Assembly (NCBI GenBank): GCA_963835575.1
Contig: CAWIGG010000002.1
Coordinates: 288,001 to 352,000, forward strand
Direction: 5' to 3'
Length of the DNA stretch: 64,000 bases
Origin: an uncultured Spirochaetota bacterium
GTDB lineage: Bacteria; Spirochaetota; Brevinematia; Brevinematales; JAOACQ01
Shown here: positions 51,088 to 59,758 of the stretch, piece after piece
Numbering within the stretch: the stretch's first letter is position 1
How the letters are laid out: every line of letters begins with the position of its first letter
Program-made: the position numbers and the translations under genes
Notes under the pieces: model-generated
Told to the model about the DNA's origin: nothing
What the model saw: only the letters and a program-made list of their open reading frames with translations
Databases searched by the model: none

Positions 51088-52617
51088 ATGGCACAATGGG
51101 ATTTTGATGAAATGATGAATTTCTTTAATAAAAAAAATAACCACCTGTTTTTAATTGAAGGGAAGTGGGGATTGGAAAAAGAATCGCTCAGGGTCAATCC
51201 TGATGGGAGCTTGGCATTAACACCGCATCCTGAAGAATTCGGAAATAAAATTAAAAACCCTTTTTATACAACCGATTTCTCGGAAAGCCAGCTGGAGATT
51301 ATAACACCGCCGGCACATTCAATTGAAAAAACATACCGTCTTTTAAATAGGTTACATATTAAGGCAGAGAATTATATTAAAAATGAGCTTCTCTGGCCGT
51401 ACAGCATGCCGGGCCGGCTGCCGGAAGAAAATGAAATCCCGATCTCTAAATTCGATGATACTGAAACCGGCAGGAAAAATGGGATTTACAGGCATGGTTT
51501 GTCAATCCGCTATGGAAAGAAGATGCAGATGATATCAGGCATTCATTATAATTTTTCTTTTAAAAACAAGTTCTTTGACATTTTATATAAGAATTTTTCA
51601 AACCATATTGATAAAAATGATTTTATTCATAACTCATATTTTTCCCTCGCGAGGAATTATATGAGATACCGCTGGCTTTTGATCTATCTTTTCGGGGCAT
51701 CGCCGGCTGTTGATAAAAGTTTTGCTGAAAATAGCGATGAGTATAAAAAGATGAGCGAATATGGAGAATTCGCGACATCGATCCGGATGAGCCCGCTGGG
51801 ATATTCATCTAGAAATAAAAAAGTATTAGATATATCTTTTGACAGTCTGGACGGTTACATTGACGGATTGGAAAAAATGTTGAAAACAGAGGATCAGGAA
51901 TACAAAAAGCTCGGAATATTTCAAAACGGAAGGCAGGTCCAGCTGAATCCGAATGTTCTTCAGAAGGAAAGCGAGTTTTATTCGCCCATCCGGTTCAAAG
52001 CCAAAGCCGGAAAAGAAAGATCCCATCTGGAAGCTCTGAAGTCGGATGGGATCAGTTATATTGAAATCCGGTCAATTGACCTCGATCCATTCTGCAATCC
52101 CGGGATAAGCCTGGAACAGCTGTATTTTTTGCATGTATTCTTACTTTACTGCCTGTTTGAAAACAGCGGCTTGATTACTGAAGATGAGATGGAAAAAATC
52201 CGGGAAAACGACAGGCTTGTTTCATTATCTGGAAGAAAGTCATGCTTGATGCTGGACGGGCTTGATCATCAAAAGATACATCTGACTGAATGGGCGGGAG
52301 AGCTTTTAAACAAAATAAAGATCATTGCGGGAATACTGGACAGGAATTATGATGACTGCAGGTATCAGAAAAGCGTATTATCTCAGGAAATGAAACTGAA
52401 GGATCAAAATCTTCTTCCATCCGTGATGATCTTGAATGAACTTAATTTAAAAAATGAAACAATTATTGATTTCGGCCTGAGAAAGGCTCAAGGATATAAA
52501 GGAGAAAACAATGGAATATCTGTCAGAAAATTACAGCGGTATGGAATTATCGACCCGGATCCTTATCGGGGAAGCGCTGAAAAGAGGTGTTGCCGTGGAT
52601 GTGCTGGATTTGCATAA
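51088..52617 (+). CDS. gshA: Glutamate--cysteine ligase (N-terminal half of GshF/GshAB type)
   Basis: GLEKESLRV, TTDFSESQLE, WPYSMP, YGKKMQMISGIHYNFS, YLFGASP, SIRMS..GY, EFYSPIR, YIEIRSIDLDPF. Confidence 0.9.
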   Translation: MAQWDFDEMMNFFNKKNNHLFLIEGKWGLEKESLRVNPDGSLALTPHPEEFGNKIKNPFYTTDFSESQLEIITPPAHSIEKTYRLLNRLHIKAENYIKNELLWPYSMPGRLPEENEIPISKFDDTETGRKNGIYRHGLSIRYGKKMQMISGIHYNFSFKNKFFDILYKNFSNHIDKNDFIHNSYFSLARNYMRYRWLLIYLFGASPAVDKSFAENSDEYKKMSEYGEFATSIRMSPLGYSSRNKKVLDISFDSLDGYIDGLEKMLKTEDQEYKKLGIFQNGRQVQLNPNVLQKESEFYSPIRFKAKAGKERSHLEALKSDGISYIEIRSIDLDPFCNPGISLEQLYFLHVFLLYCLFENSGLITEDEMEKIRENDRLVSLSGRKSCLMLDGLDHQKIHLTEWAGELLNKIKIIAGILDRNYDDCRYQKSVLSQEMKLKDQNLLPSVMILNELNLKNETIIDFGLRKAQGYKGENNGISVRKLQRYGIIDPDPYRGSAEKRCCRGCAGFA

Positions 52618-53533
52618 TAATTTCATCCGGCTGAAAAAAGGGGCTAAAACCGAATATGTCAAACAGGCTTCGAGAACGTCGGCCGACACATATATCGCGC
52701 CGCTTATCATGGAAAATAAGTTTGTGACAAAAAGGATCCTGGAAGAGAGCGGCATCAGGGTGCCGGGGGGAAAATTATATCAGAACATGGATGACGCGGC
52801 AAAAGATTTTGAATACTACAGGCAAAAAGATATAGTCATCAAACCGAATAATACCAACTTCGGCATCGGGATCAGCATTTTAAAGAACGGCTACAGCAAT
52901 GAGAATTATAATGAAGCCCTCCGTCATGCTTTTAAACATGACAGCTCGGTCATTGTGGAAGAATATATTCATGGCCTGGAATACAGGTTCCTGATCATTA
53001 ATGATGAAGTGGCCGGGATTCTGCACCGCGTGCCGGCCAATGTGACAGGCGACGGAATTCATTCAATACAGGAGCTTGTGAAAATAAAAAACAGCGGCTC
53101 GCTGAGAGGAGAGGGATATAAAAAACCGCTTGAAAAGATCAGACTGGAGGAAATGGAGCTGGAATTTTTAAAAAATCAGGGTAAAGACATTAATTCTATT
53201 CCCGGGATGGATGAGAAAGTGTTTTTAAGAAAGAATTCAAATATCAGCACGGGGGGCGACAGTATTGACTTTACCGATGCTGTCAGGGAAGAATACAAAG
53301 AAATAGCCGTCAGGGCGGTAAAAGCGGCCGGCGCGAAAATCTGCGGGGCTGATATTATTATCGAAGATATAAATGCGAAACCGGCCTGTAATAATTATGC
53401 GGTCATCGAACTCAATTTCAATCCCGCCTTGCATATCCACAGTTTTCCGTATAAAGGCATCAACAGGCGGCCGGAAAAAAAAGTTCTGGACCTGCTGGGA
53501 TTCAGGGAGGATTATCATGCTGGAGATAAATAA
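52511..53533 (+). CDS. GshF-type ATP-grasp glutathione synthetase domain as a separate ORF
   Basis: MELSTRILI.EA, EYVKQ, LIMENK.VTK, KP..TNFG.GI, RVPANV.GDG, NSNISTGGDSID, IELNFNP; AAGGAG RBS. Confidence 0.85.
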   Translation: MEYLSENYSGMELSTRILIGEALKRGVAVDVLDLHNNFIRLKKGAKTEYVKQASRTSADTYIAPLIMENKFVTKRILEESGIRVPGGKLYQNMDDAAKDFEYYRQKDIVIKPNNTNFGIGISILKNGYSNENYNEALRHAFKHDSSVIVEEYIHGLEYRFLIINDEVAGILHRVPANVTGDGIHSIQELVKIKNSGSLRGEGYKKPLEKIRLEEMELEFLKNQGKDINSIPGMDEKVFLRKNSNISTGGDSIDFTDAVREEYKEIAVRAVKAAGAKICGADIIIEDINAKPACNNYAVIELNFNPALHIHSFPYKGINRRPEKKVLDLLGFREDYHAGDK

Positions 53534-54416
53534 TATAACAAAAATTTTTAAAAACAATACAAAAGCCCTGGACGATGTTTCTTTCCGGATTAATAAGGGC
53601 GAGTTTACGGCTCTTTTGGGCCAGAATGGGGCTGGAAAAAGTACCCTGATCAACATCCTTGCCGGTAATGTGAAAAAGAATTCAGGCAGAATAACAGTCT
53701 GGGATTATGACCTGGACAGAGATGAGCTGATGACAAAAAGGATATTGGGGATCGTGCCCCAGGAGATCAGCTTTGACAATTTTTTTACAGTACAGGAAGT
53801 CCTGGAAAACCAGTCCGGGTATTTCGGGATAAAAAATAATAAAAGGACCATTGACGGGCTGCTGGAAATTCTTTCGCTTGGGGATAAAAGAAATGTCAAT
53901 ACAAAGGAATTATCCGGCGGAATGAAAAGAAGGCTTTTGATCGCGAAAGCGCTGGTGCATAATCCTGAAATACTGATCCTGGATGAGCCCACCGCCGGCG
54001 TGGACATCGAGCTCCGCCTCTCAATGCATGAGTTCCTGATGGAATTGAACCGGACCGGCATAACGGTCATACTGACGACGCATTATCTGGAGGAGGCGGA
54101 AAAGCTCTGCGGCAGGATCATTATTATTAATCAGGGCAGGATCGTCATGGATGCGCCGAAAGAAAGGATCATGAATAATAAGGACGATGTATTTATTGAA
54201 TTCAATTATGACGGCGATCTGAAAATAGATAATTTTGATTTTCTGAGCGATTTTTTTCCGTCAATAGGCCGGAACAACAGGCTCCGGCTGTCCGCGCAGC
54301 CGGGAGACATTCCTGATTTGTTCAAAAAAATGGAAGATAACCGCATCCGGTATAAAAATATCCGGTTTGAGAATAAAAAGCTGGAAGACGTGTTTTTGAA
54401 AGCCGTCAATCATTAG
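53517..54416 (+). CDS. ABC-2 exporter ATP-binding protein (YadG-like)
   Basis: GQNGAGKST, LSGGMKRRLLIAKALVH, LDEPTAGVD, TTHYLEEAE; GGAGG RBS before ATG at 53517. Confidence 0.92.
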   Translation: MLEINNITKIFKNNTKALDDVSFRINKGEFTALLGQNGAGKSTLINILAGNVKKNSGRITVWDYDLDRDELMTKRILGIVPQEISFDNFFTVQEVLENQSGYFGIKNNKRTIDGLLEILSLGDKRNVNTKELSGGMKRRLLIAKALVHNPEILILDEPTAGVDIELRLSMHEFLMELNRTGITVILTTHYLEEAEKLCGRIIIINQGRIVMDAPKERIMNNKDDVFIEFNYDGDLKIDNFDFLSDFFPSIGRNNRLRLSAQPGDIPDLFKKMEDNRIRYKNIRFENKKLEDVFLKAVNH

Positions 54417-54425
54417 GAGAAAATT

Positions 54426-55205
54426 ATGTTTACTTTGTTTTATAACAGGATAGGATTTTTGACATTGTTCAAACGGGAGATCAGCCGCTTCATGAAGGTT
54501 TATATTCAGACTCTTGTCGCTCCGCTGTTGTCAAACCTTCTTTTTCTGGGTATTTTCGGCGGTATTTTCAGGACCGGAGGGAGTAGTATGAACGCTGATG
54601 GATATCTTGCCTTTTTAGTGCCGGGTTTGTGCGGTATGGGGGCAATTTTCGCCGCCTTTCAAAATCCGGCTTTTTCATTGATCACGCAGAAGTTTACGAA
54701 TACGATTCAGGATTTGAACAGCTATCCCATGACAGCTTTTGAAAAAGTACTGGCTTTTGTTCTGGGCGGCACATTCAGGGGCGTTTTGATCGCTTTGATG
54801 ACATATATCGCGGCTTTGTTTTTTGTCAGGCAGGCGGTCCAGAATCCTGTTTTGTTCATTATAATGATCATTGTCATATCCTTCATATTTTCAAACCTCG
54901 GCGTAGTCTCCGGACTTTTGATCAATAATTTCGACAGGCTGAATTTTATTCTTTCCATCATTCTGACGCCCCTGGTGTATTTCGGAGGAGTGTTTTTTGA
55001 AATATCAAAACTGCCGGTATTATTTTCGAATATCGCGCAGATCAATCCTGTTTACGCCCTGATAAGCCTCTGCCGCTATTCCTATACAGGCGTTTATACG
55101 GGAAATAATATTTTGATATGTATTGTTATTACCATTTCCATAACGCTAATATCATTTTTTTGGGCATATAACTTATTAAAAAAAGGTTCGGGAATAAAAG
55201 AATAA
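54426..55205 (+). CDS. ABC-2 exporter permease (YadH-like)
   Basis: REISRF.KV..QTLVAP, FLVPGL, LTPLVYFGGVFF, NPV. Confidence 0.88.
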   Translation: MFTLFYNRIGFLTLFKREISRFMKVYIQTLVAPLLSNLLFLGIFGGIFRTGGSSMNADGYLAFLVPGLCGMGAIFAAFQNPAFSLITQKFTNTIQDLNSYPMTAFEKVLAFVLGGTFRGVLIALMTYIAALFFVRQAVQNPVLFIIMIIVISFIFSNLGVVSGLLINNFDRLNFILSIILTPLVYFGGVFFEISKLPVLFSNIAQINPVYALISLCRYSYTGVYTGNNILICIVITISITLISFFWAYNLLKKGSGIKE

Positions 55206-55223
55206 AATAGGAGGAGTTTTATT

Positions 55224-55865
55224 ATGAAATATATTGGAGCAAACTGCTGTGCCGGTTATATGATCGGCGGGATTCCTTTAGTAAAGGAAAAAAACCTGTA
55301 CATTGAGAATCTGAAATTCGGATTCAGGCAATTAGGCTTTCTGTTTTATGACATCGCCGGCGCTTATAAGAAAGACCCCGCTTTACGGGGAAAATTGTTG
55401 AGCTTTCTGGAGCTTCTGACATACGCCGGCGTCTGGTCCATCTTTTTGCACAGGATAGCGCATTTATTATTCGCGCTGAAGATCCCCTTTATTCCGAGGT
55501 TGATTTCCCAGATCGCCCGCTTTTTGACGGGAATAGAAATCCATCCGGGCGCCAAAATAGGAAAGGGTTTTTTTATCGATCATGGCAACGGGGTCGTGAT
55601 CGGCGAAACCGCTGAAATCGGCGATGATGTCCTTTTGTATCATCAGGTCACGCTGGGGAGCAAAGGCGGACTTTCCGCAGGTAAACGGCACCCGACGGTC
55701 GGCAGTCATGCGACGATAGGGGCCGGAGCGAAAATATTAGGCGCTATTACAATCGGCGAAAACTCGGTCATCGGCGCGGGGTCAATTGTGACAAAGGACA
55801 TTCCTGATAATTTCGTCGCCGTTGGGAATCCAGCGAAGCTCATTAATGAAAGGACGGCGGCGTAA
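55224..55865 (+). CDS. cysE: Serine O-acetyltransferase
   Basis: [47 protein letters not shown]. Confidence 0.88.
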   Translation: MKYIGANCCAGYMIGGIPLVKEKNLYIENLKFGFRQLGFLFYDIAGAYKKDPALRGKLLSFLELLTYAGVWSIFLHRIAHLLFALKIPFIPRLISQIARFLTGIEIHPGAKIGKGFFIDHGNGVVIGETAEIGDDVLLYHQVTLGSKGGLSAGKRHPTVGSHATIGAGAKILGAITIGENSVIGAGSIVTKDIPDNFVAVGNPAKLINERTAA

Positions 55866-55867
55866 TT

Positions 55868-56503
55868 TTAAAAAGTCTTTGCCAGTACCACCGCTTTCTG
55901 GAGCGCTCTGGCCTTGATGTTTTCCGCTTCAGCAGGCATCAGGGCCATTCCTTCAATGAAAATGGTTTCAAAGTCTTTAATACCGAGGAATGAGAGCAGG
56001 GCCTTGAGGTAATTATTCCCGAACTCGAAGTATTTTGAGTCCCCTTCGGAATAAAGCCCGCCGCTGGCCTGGATATGGAGAGCTTTTTTATTCTTGAGCA
56101 TGCCGATCGGGCCGTTTTCGGTATAAGCGAATGTTTTTCCGGCGATGCTGATCGTATCAATATAAGCTTTCATGATCGGAGGAATGCTGAAATTCCACAG
56201 CGGTGTCACAAATATGTATTTATCGGCATTGATGAACTGGTCGGTCAGTTTACTAATGTTTTCTATTTTAGCCTGTTCAACGGCTGTCAGTCTGCCGAAA
56301 GCCGTTCCGGTTTGAAGCTTGTCCCATCCGCTGATCACATCCGCGTCGACAAAGGGGATATCTGATTTGTAAAGATCAATTTCAATGACCTGGTCATCCG
56401 GGTGGATCCCTTTATAAGTATTCAGAAATTCCCTTCCGATGCTTAAGCCGTAGGATTTTTCCTCATGCTTGGGATTTGCCGTTATATACAAAACCTTATT
56501 CAT
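55868..56503 (-). CDS. azoR: FMN-dependent NADH:quinone oxidoreductase / azoreductase
   Basis: [33 protein letters not shown]. Confidence 0.92.
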   Translation of the reverse strand: MNKVLYITANPKHEEKSYGLSIGREFLNTYKGIHPDDQVIEIDLYKSDIPFVDADVISGWDKLQTGTAFGRLTAVEQAKIENISKLTDQFINADKYIFVTPLWNFSIPPIMKAYIDTISIAGKTFAYTENGPIGMLKNKKALHIQASGGLYSEGDSKYFEFGNNYLKALLSFLGIKDFETIFIEGMALMPAEAENIKARALQKAVVLAKTF

Positions 56504-56516
56504 GTCTTCCTCCTTT

Positions 56517-58191
56517 TTGCCTGTCGGTTATTTCATTTTCGGAGTCAAACCAGCCCCTTACAATAAGCGGGCAAATAAAAATTTTGTCAGCTTAGCTGAT
56601 TTTAATAATAAATTTCGAATAATCGATACTCAGACTATACAAAATCCTCTCTATTTTCTCAAATATTGGGCATATTTCATAAAATTATGCGCAAGGGATA
56701 CCCAGCATAGCTCCAAATTCACTTTCCGTTGACCTCTGTAAACTGTCTGAACATAACCCTTCTGTGTTTTGATGTTTGAAAATACGTGTTCTTTACCTAT
56801 CCTGCGGTTGTATATCTTTTGCCCTTCTTCGCTGTAAAGTTTTGTTAAATAAGCATCAATCTTAGACCGATTATTCAATTCAAACTCACTGAAAATTACT
56901 GTCTTTTGCTGTGTTTTCGGTTTGATGTTTTTATAACACTCACTGAAAAATGGACATCTTTCACAGCCCTTCCGTGAATACAAAAATGTATATCTTTGGT
57001 TATTTCGATCTAAATACCCATTTTCCTTACGGCCGCCCCGGCATCCCAGGATATATTCGTCATCAATCTTTTCCAGTTTAAAGTCTCTTCGCTTCTGTGA
57101 TTTATCACTGAAATCCCGCTCTTTCGTATCCACATAAAGGTCTTTTCCTTCCTCCACCATCCGGATTGTCTCTTCCATGTCCTGAAAACCCGAATCAAAA
57201 AGGTATTTGCTAGCCTTATCAACTTTTAATTCCGCTTTTTTCTGTTCCACCCTCTTTACCATTTCTTCCGTATGCTGTTTTTCCGGTGTTGTGATTGCTT
57301 CAAAATCTATAATCACATCATTATTACTGACCATCATCGCCGAATTATATCCCTGTATAAACACACTATGCGGATTTCCAGACATCAGCTTGCTTTCGGG
57401 ATCAGTCAGGTTGGTGAATTCTTCGTCTGTCTTTTCCCCTCTCTCTACCTGTTTTTTGTATTCATCGATTTGGTTCAAAACACTATCGTAAATCTTTTTC
57501 CGCCTTGATACCCGCTTCTTCTCCGCTTCGTAATAAGGCTGCTCCAGCTTGCCTTCCCGGTAAGATTCTTCCAGTTCCAGGTCTTGTTTCACAATCTTTT
57601 CCGCCATCTTCTGGTAAGTGTCCATCAGCTTCCGGGTATGTTTCTTTCCCACATTCTTATTCTTACTCGCGTAGGCCTTGATCTTTGTGCCGTCACCCAC
57701 TACCATGTCCCAATCTATAGACCCCATTTCGTTGAGTATATATAAAAGCTGGCTGAACAACTCCTCGATCTTTTCCTGAAAAAGTACCTTGAACTCGCAA
57801 ATTACCGAATGGTCAATTTTCAGCCGGTTTGAAACATACATAAACCCAATGTGTTTTTTCAGCAAATCTTCTATCTTTCGGCTGATACGATTTCCCGTAA
57901 TGTAACCGTAGAGTACCGCACAGATCACATCCCGAGGATTTTTAATCTCTCTGCCTCTATGGTCGTTCTTATAGTAAGCCGCGAAATCCTCCAGTTTAAT
58001 ACGGTTTTTGATGAATTCTTTTAGTATAAATTCTCTGGAATTCTCATCAAACTGCTCGCCTATATTGATCGCGAGGAACTCACCCTGCTCCAGGCTGTTC
58101 TTTTCAAATCTTGCCATCTTTTTCTCCCGTTTTATTTTAACGGGAACCCTGCCGTATGTCCATGAAGCATGTTATAAAAACCGACAGGCAA
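56517..58191 (-). mobile_element. Complete IS1182-family insertion sequence, 1675 bp
   Basis: 13-bp perfect IR TTGCCTGTCGGTT (56517-56529 and 58179-58191); 4-bp TSD CTTT at 56513-56516 and 58192-58195. Confidence 0.88.
56651..58117 (-). CDS. IS1182-family transposase
   Basis: DUF772-like LYGY..G..SRKIE, DGTKIKAYAS, TDPES, QGYN, DSGF, C..CP...C, EHVFSNIK. Confidence 0.88.
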   Translation of the reverse strand: MARFEKNSLEQGEFLAINIGEQFDENSREFILKEFIKNRIKLEDFAAYYKNDHRGREIKNPRDVICAVLYGYITGNRISRKIEDLLKKHIGFMYVSNRLKIDHSVICEFKVLFQEKIEELFSQLLYILNEMGSIDWDMVVGDGTKIKAYASKNKNVGKKHTRKLMDTYQKMAEKIVKQDLELEESYREGKLEQPYYEAEKKRVSRRKKIYDSVLNQIDEYKKQVERGEKTDEEFTNLTDPESKLMSGNPHSVFIQGYNSAMMVSNNDVIIDFEAITTPEKQHTEEMVKRVEQKKAELKVDKASKYLFDSGFQDMEETIRMVEEGKDLYVDTKERDFSDKSQKRRDFKLEKIDDEYILGCRGGRKENGYLDRNNQRYTFLYSRKGCERCPFFSECYKNIKPKTQQKTVIFSEFELNNRSKIDAYLTKLYSEEGQKIYNRRIGKEHVFSNIKTQKGYVQTVYRGQRKVNLELCWVSLAHNFMKYAQYLRK

Positions 58192-58230
58192 CTTTGTTAA
58201 AAGAAATAATTTTCTAATTATCCTATTGGT

Positions 58231-58259
58231 AAAATAATAAAACTATCTGTTAAAGTCAA
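58231..58259 (-). promoter_or_regulatory. Probable native azoR promoter, displaced by the IS
   Basis: TTGACT-17 nt-TATTTT on the minus strand just outside the IS end. Confidence 0.5.
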
Positions 58260-58292
58260 AGAGATAAAGAATCATAATAGAATTATAATTGC

Positions 58293-58473
58293 TCAGACGC
58301 GGAATACTCTGCCGGATGTTTTCTGTATTGCATCTTGATATCTAACGGGATTTTTTGAAGAATTTCCTTTACAGACTTGAGAGTAGAAGTAATTATGTCT
58401 AACATTATAAGTTGTTTTATAATTGCTTTCGGCAGTGAACTTCCATCCTGCGGACGGGATCCATGACTTTCAT
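58293..58473 (-). pseudogene. Degenerate YHS-domain gene
   Basis: AAGGTG RBS; MKVMDPVRRMEV(+1 shift)TAESNYKTTYNVRHNYFYSQVCK..KNPVRY resembles DPVCGM..Y.G..YYFCS..C...F..NP..Y. Confidence 0.6.
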
Positions 58474-58572
58474 AATCTTCACCTTTTTGTTCTAATTATA
58501 AATTAATTAAAATAGGATAAGATAGGCAACGGCAGGCTGAAAAAATCAAGATGTGATCATGATTTTTGAAAA

Positions 58573-59189
58573 TTAACCGATCGGCTGTCGGATAACGTTT
58601 TCATTTTTTCGGCCTGTCCCTTACGGGGATCGCTTAAATATATTTCGTGGTGCTTGTCCCGGCGCCGATAGCCCTGATCTTTGATGAACTGATGGAGCTT
58701 CTGAATGGCCGGCGCCGCGGCTTCATAAGGACCGATATGCATGATCTGTGCGGAAAGCCCTTCCTTGAAAACTTCCCATCACGCCTCGCCGGGAAGTTTA
58801 GGGGCTTCGCCGCCTTTCTTCCTTCGGATTTCCTCAATCGCTTTTTTATAATGCTCATTCTCAACCCACCCGGGCTGGCGGATCATCAGGGTCCATTTCC
58901 ATTGGTCCTTTGTTTCCATACTGAACTGCGTCATATCGTCCATCCACCAGAGTCCTTCAAGCGGAGGGACAACATACTCGCGGGCCTTTTCCCCCTTCAG
59001 CATGAATTTTATCGTATATGAAATGTTGTAGAGCGCCTGTATGACTTCCGGGAAGAGCGGGCTTTTATTCGGATCGCCGTAGCCGTCGGCCATAATAAAT
59101 TCCATTACCGGGACATCGACAATGGCCGCTTCTTTTGCCGAAGGAAAATAAAACTCCCTCATTTCCTTTTTATAATCCAGTTTATCCAT
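58573..59189 (-). pseudogene. GyrI-like small-molecule-binding domain gene with an in-frame stop and a 3' frameshift
   Basis: G.GDPN, PPLEGLWW, WTLMIRQP; in-frame TGA at 58779-58781, then WEVFKEGLSAQIMHIGPY..HHEIYLSDPR; terminal IRQPI motif is out of frame. Confidence 0.82.
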
Positions 59190-59303
59190 GAATGACCTCC
59201 TCTGAAAATGGCCCGCTATTTTAAAAAATCCCGAATGATCACTGCGAATTCCTTTGGTTTCCCTATAACTGAATCAAGCCGCAGAATGGATCCGGCAGGT
59301 TCT

Positions 59304-59514
59304 CCACAAGTGACACGGAAAATTACTGAATTATTTTTATTAATAAAGACCTTTGCACAGTAAACTTAAGATAATTCGCTGCCTGATAAAACTTAAGGCA
59401 ATAAATTGCCGCTTTAAACCGGACTTTTGCACGGTTTCTATTTAATTATCCGTTAATGGTTTGCGGAAACCGTGCAAAAGTCTTTAATATTTATTATCTG
59501 TGAAATTCTGTGGC
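59304..59514. repeat. Degenerate REP-like inverted element with a nested MITE-like sequence
   Basis: Arms at 59304-59332 and 59497-59514; inner perfect 17-bp IR GACTTTTGCACGGTTTC (59422-59438 and 59466-59482); extra end AGACCTTTGCACAG at 59347. Confidence 0.72.
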
Positions 59515-59758
59515 CGAATATCCAATCTATTTTTAAGCTTTTTTTAAAAAGCTAGAAGCGATCCTTTTTAATAATGAGTTATTATAGGAAGAATCAGAGA
59601 AGAAGGCTTTGCTTTTCTTGCTATTAAATCTGCCGTTATTATTTTTAAGATAATATCAAAAAATAAAAAATGAATAGAAGAAACAATGAATGAATTTAAT
59701 ATAAAATTAAAAAGGAATTTTCAATATTGCATTTCCGATTTTTCTAATTAAATCGGCA

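Noticed and set aside
52580..52617. Cys-rich CCRGC tail of GshA as a metal-binding tag
   Set aside because: It is the alternative-frame reading of conserved ATP-grasp coding sequence, so probably incidental
58779..58781. Selenocysteine or alternative genetic code reading of the in-frame TGA
   Set aside because: TGA ends other genes here, the position is not a Cys site, and the gene has a second lesion
59216..59300. Possible C-terminal remnant of an alpha/beta hydrolase (KPKEFAVIIRDFLK*)
   Set aside because: Too short to distinguish from chance
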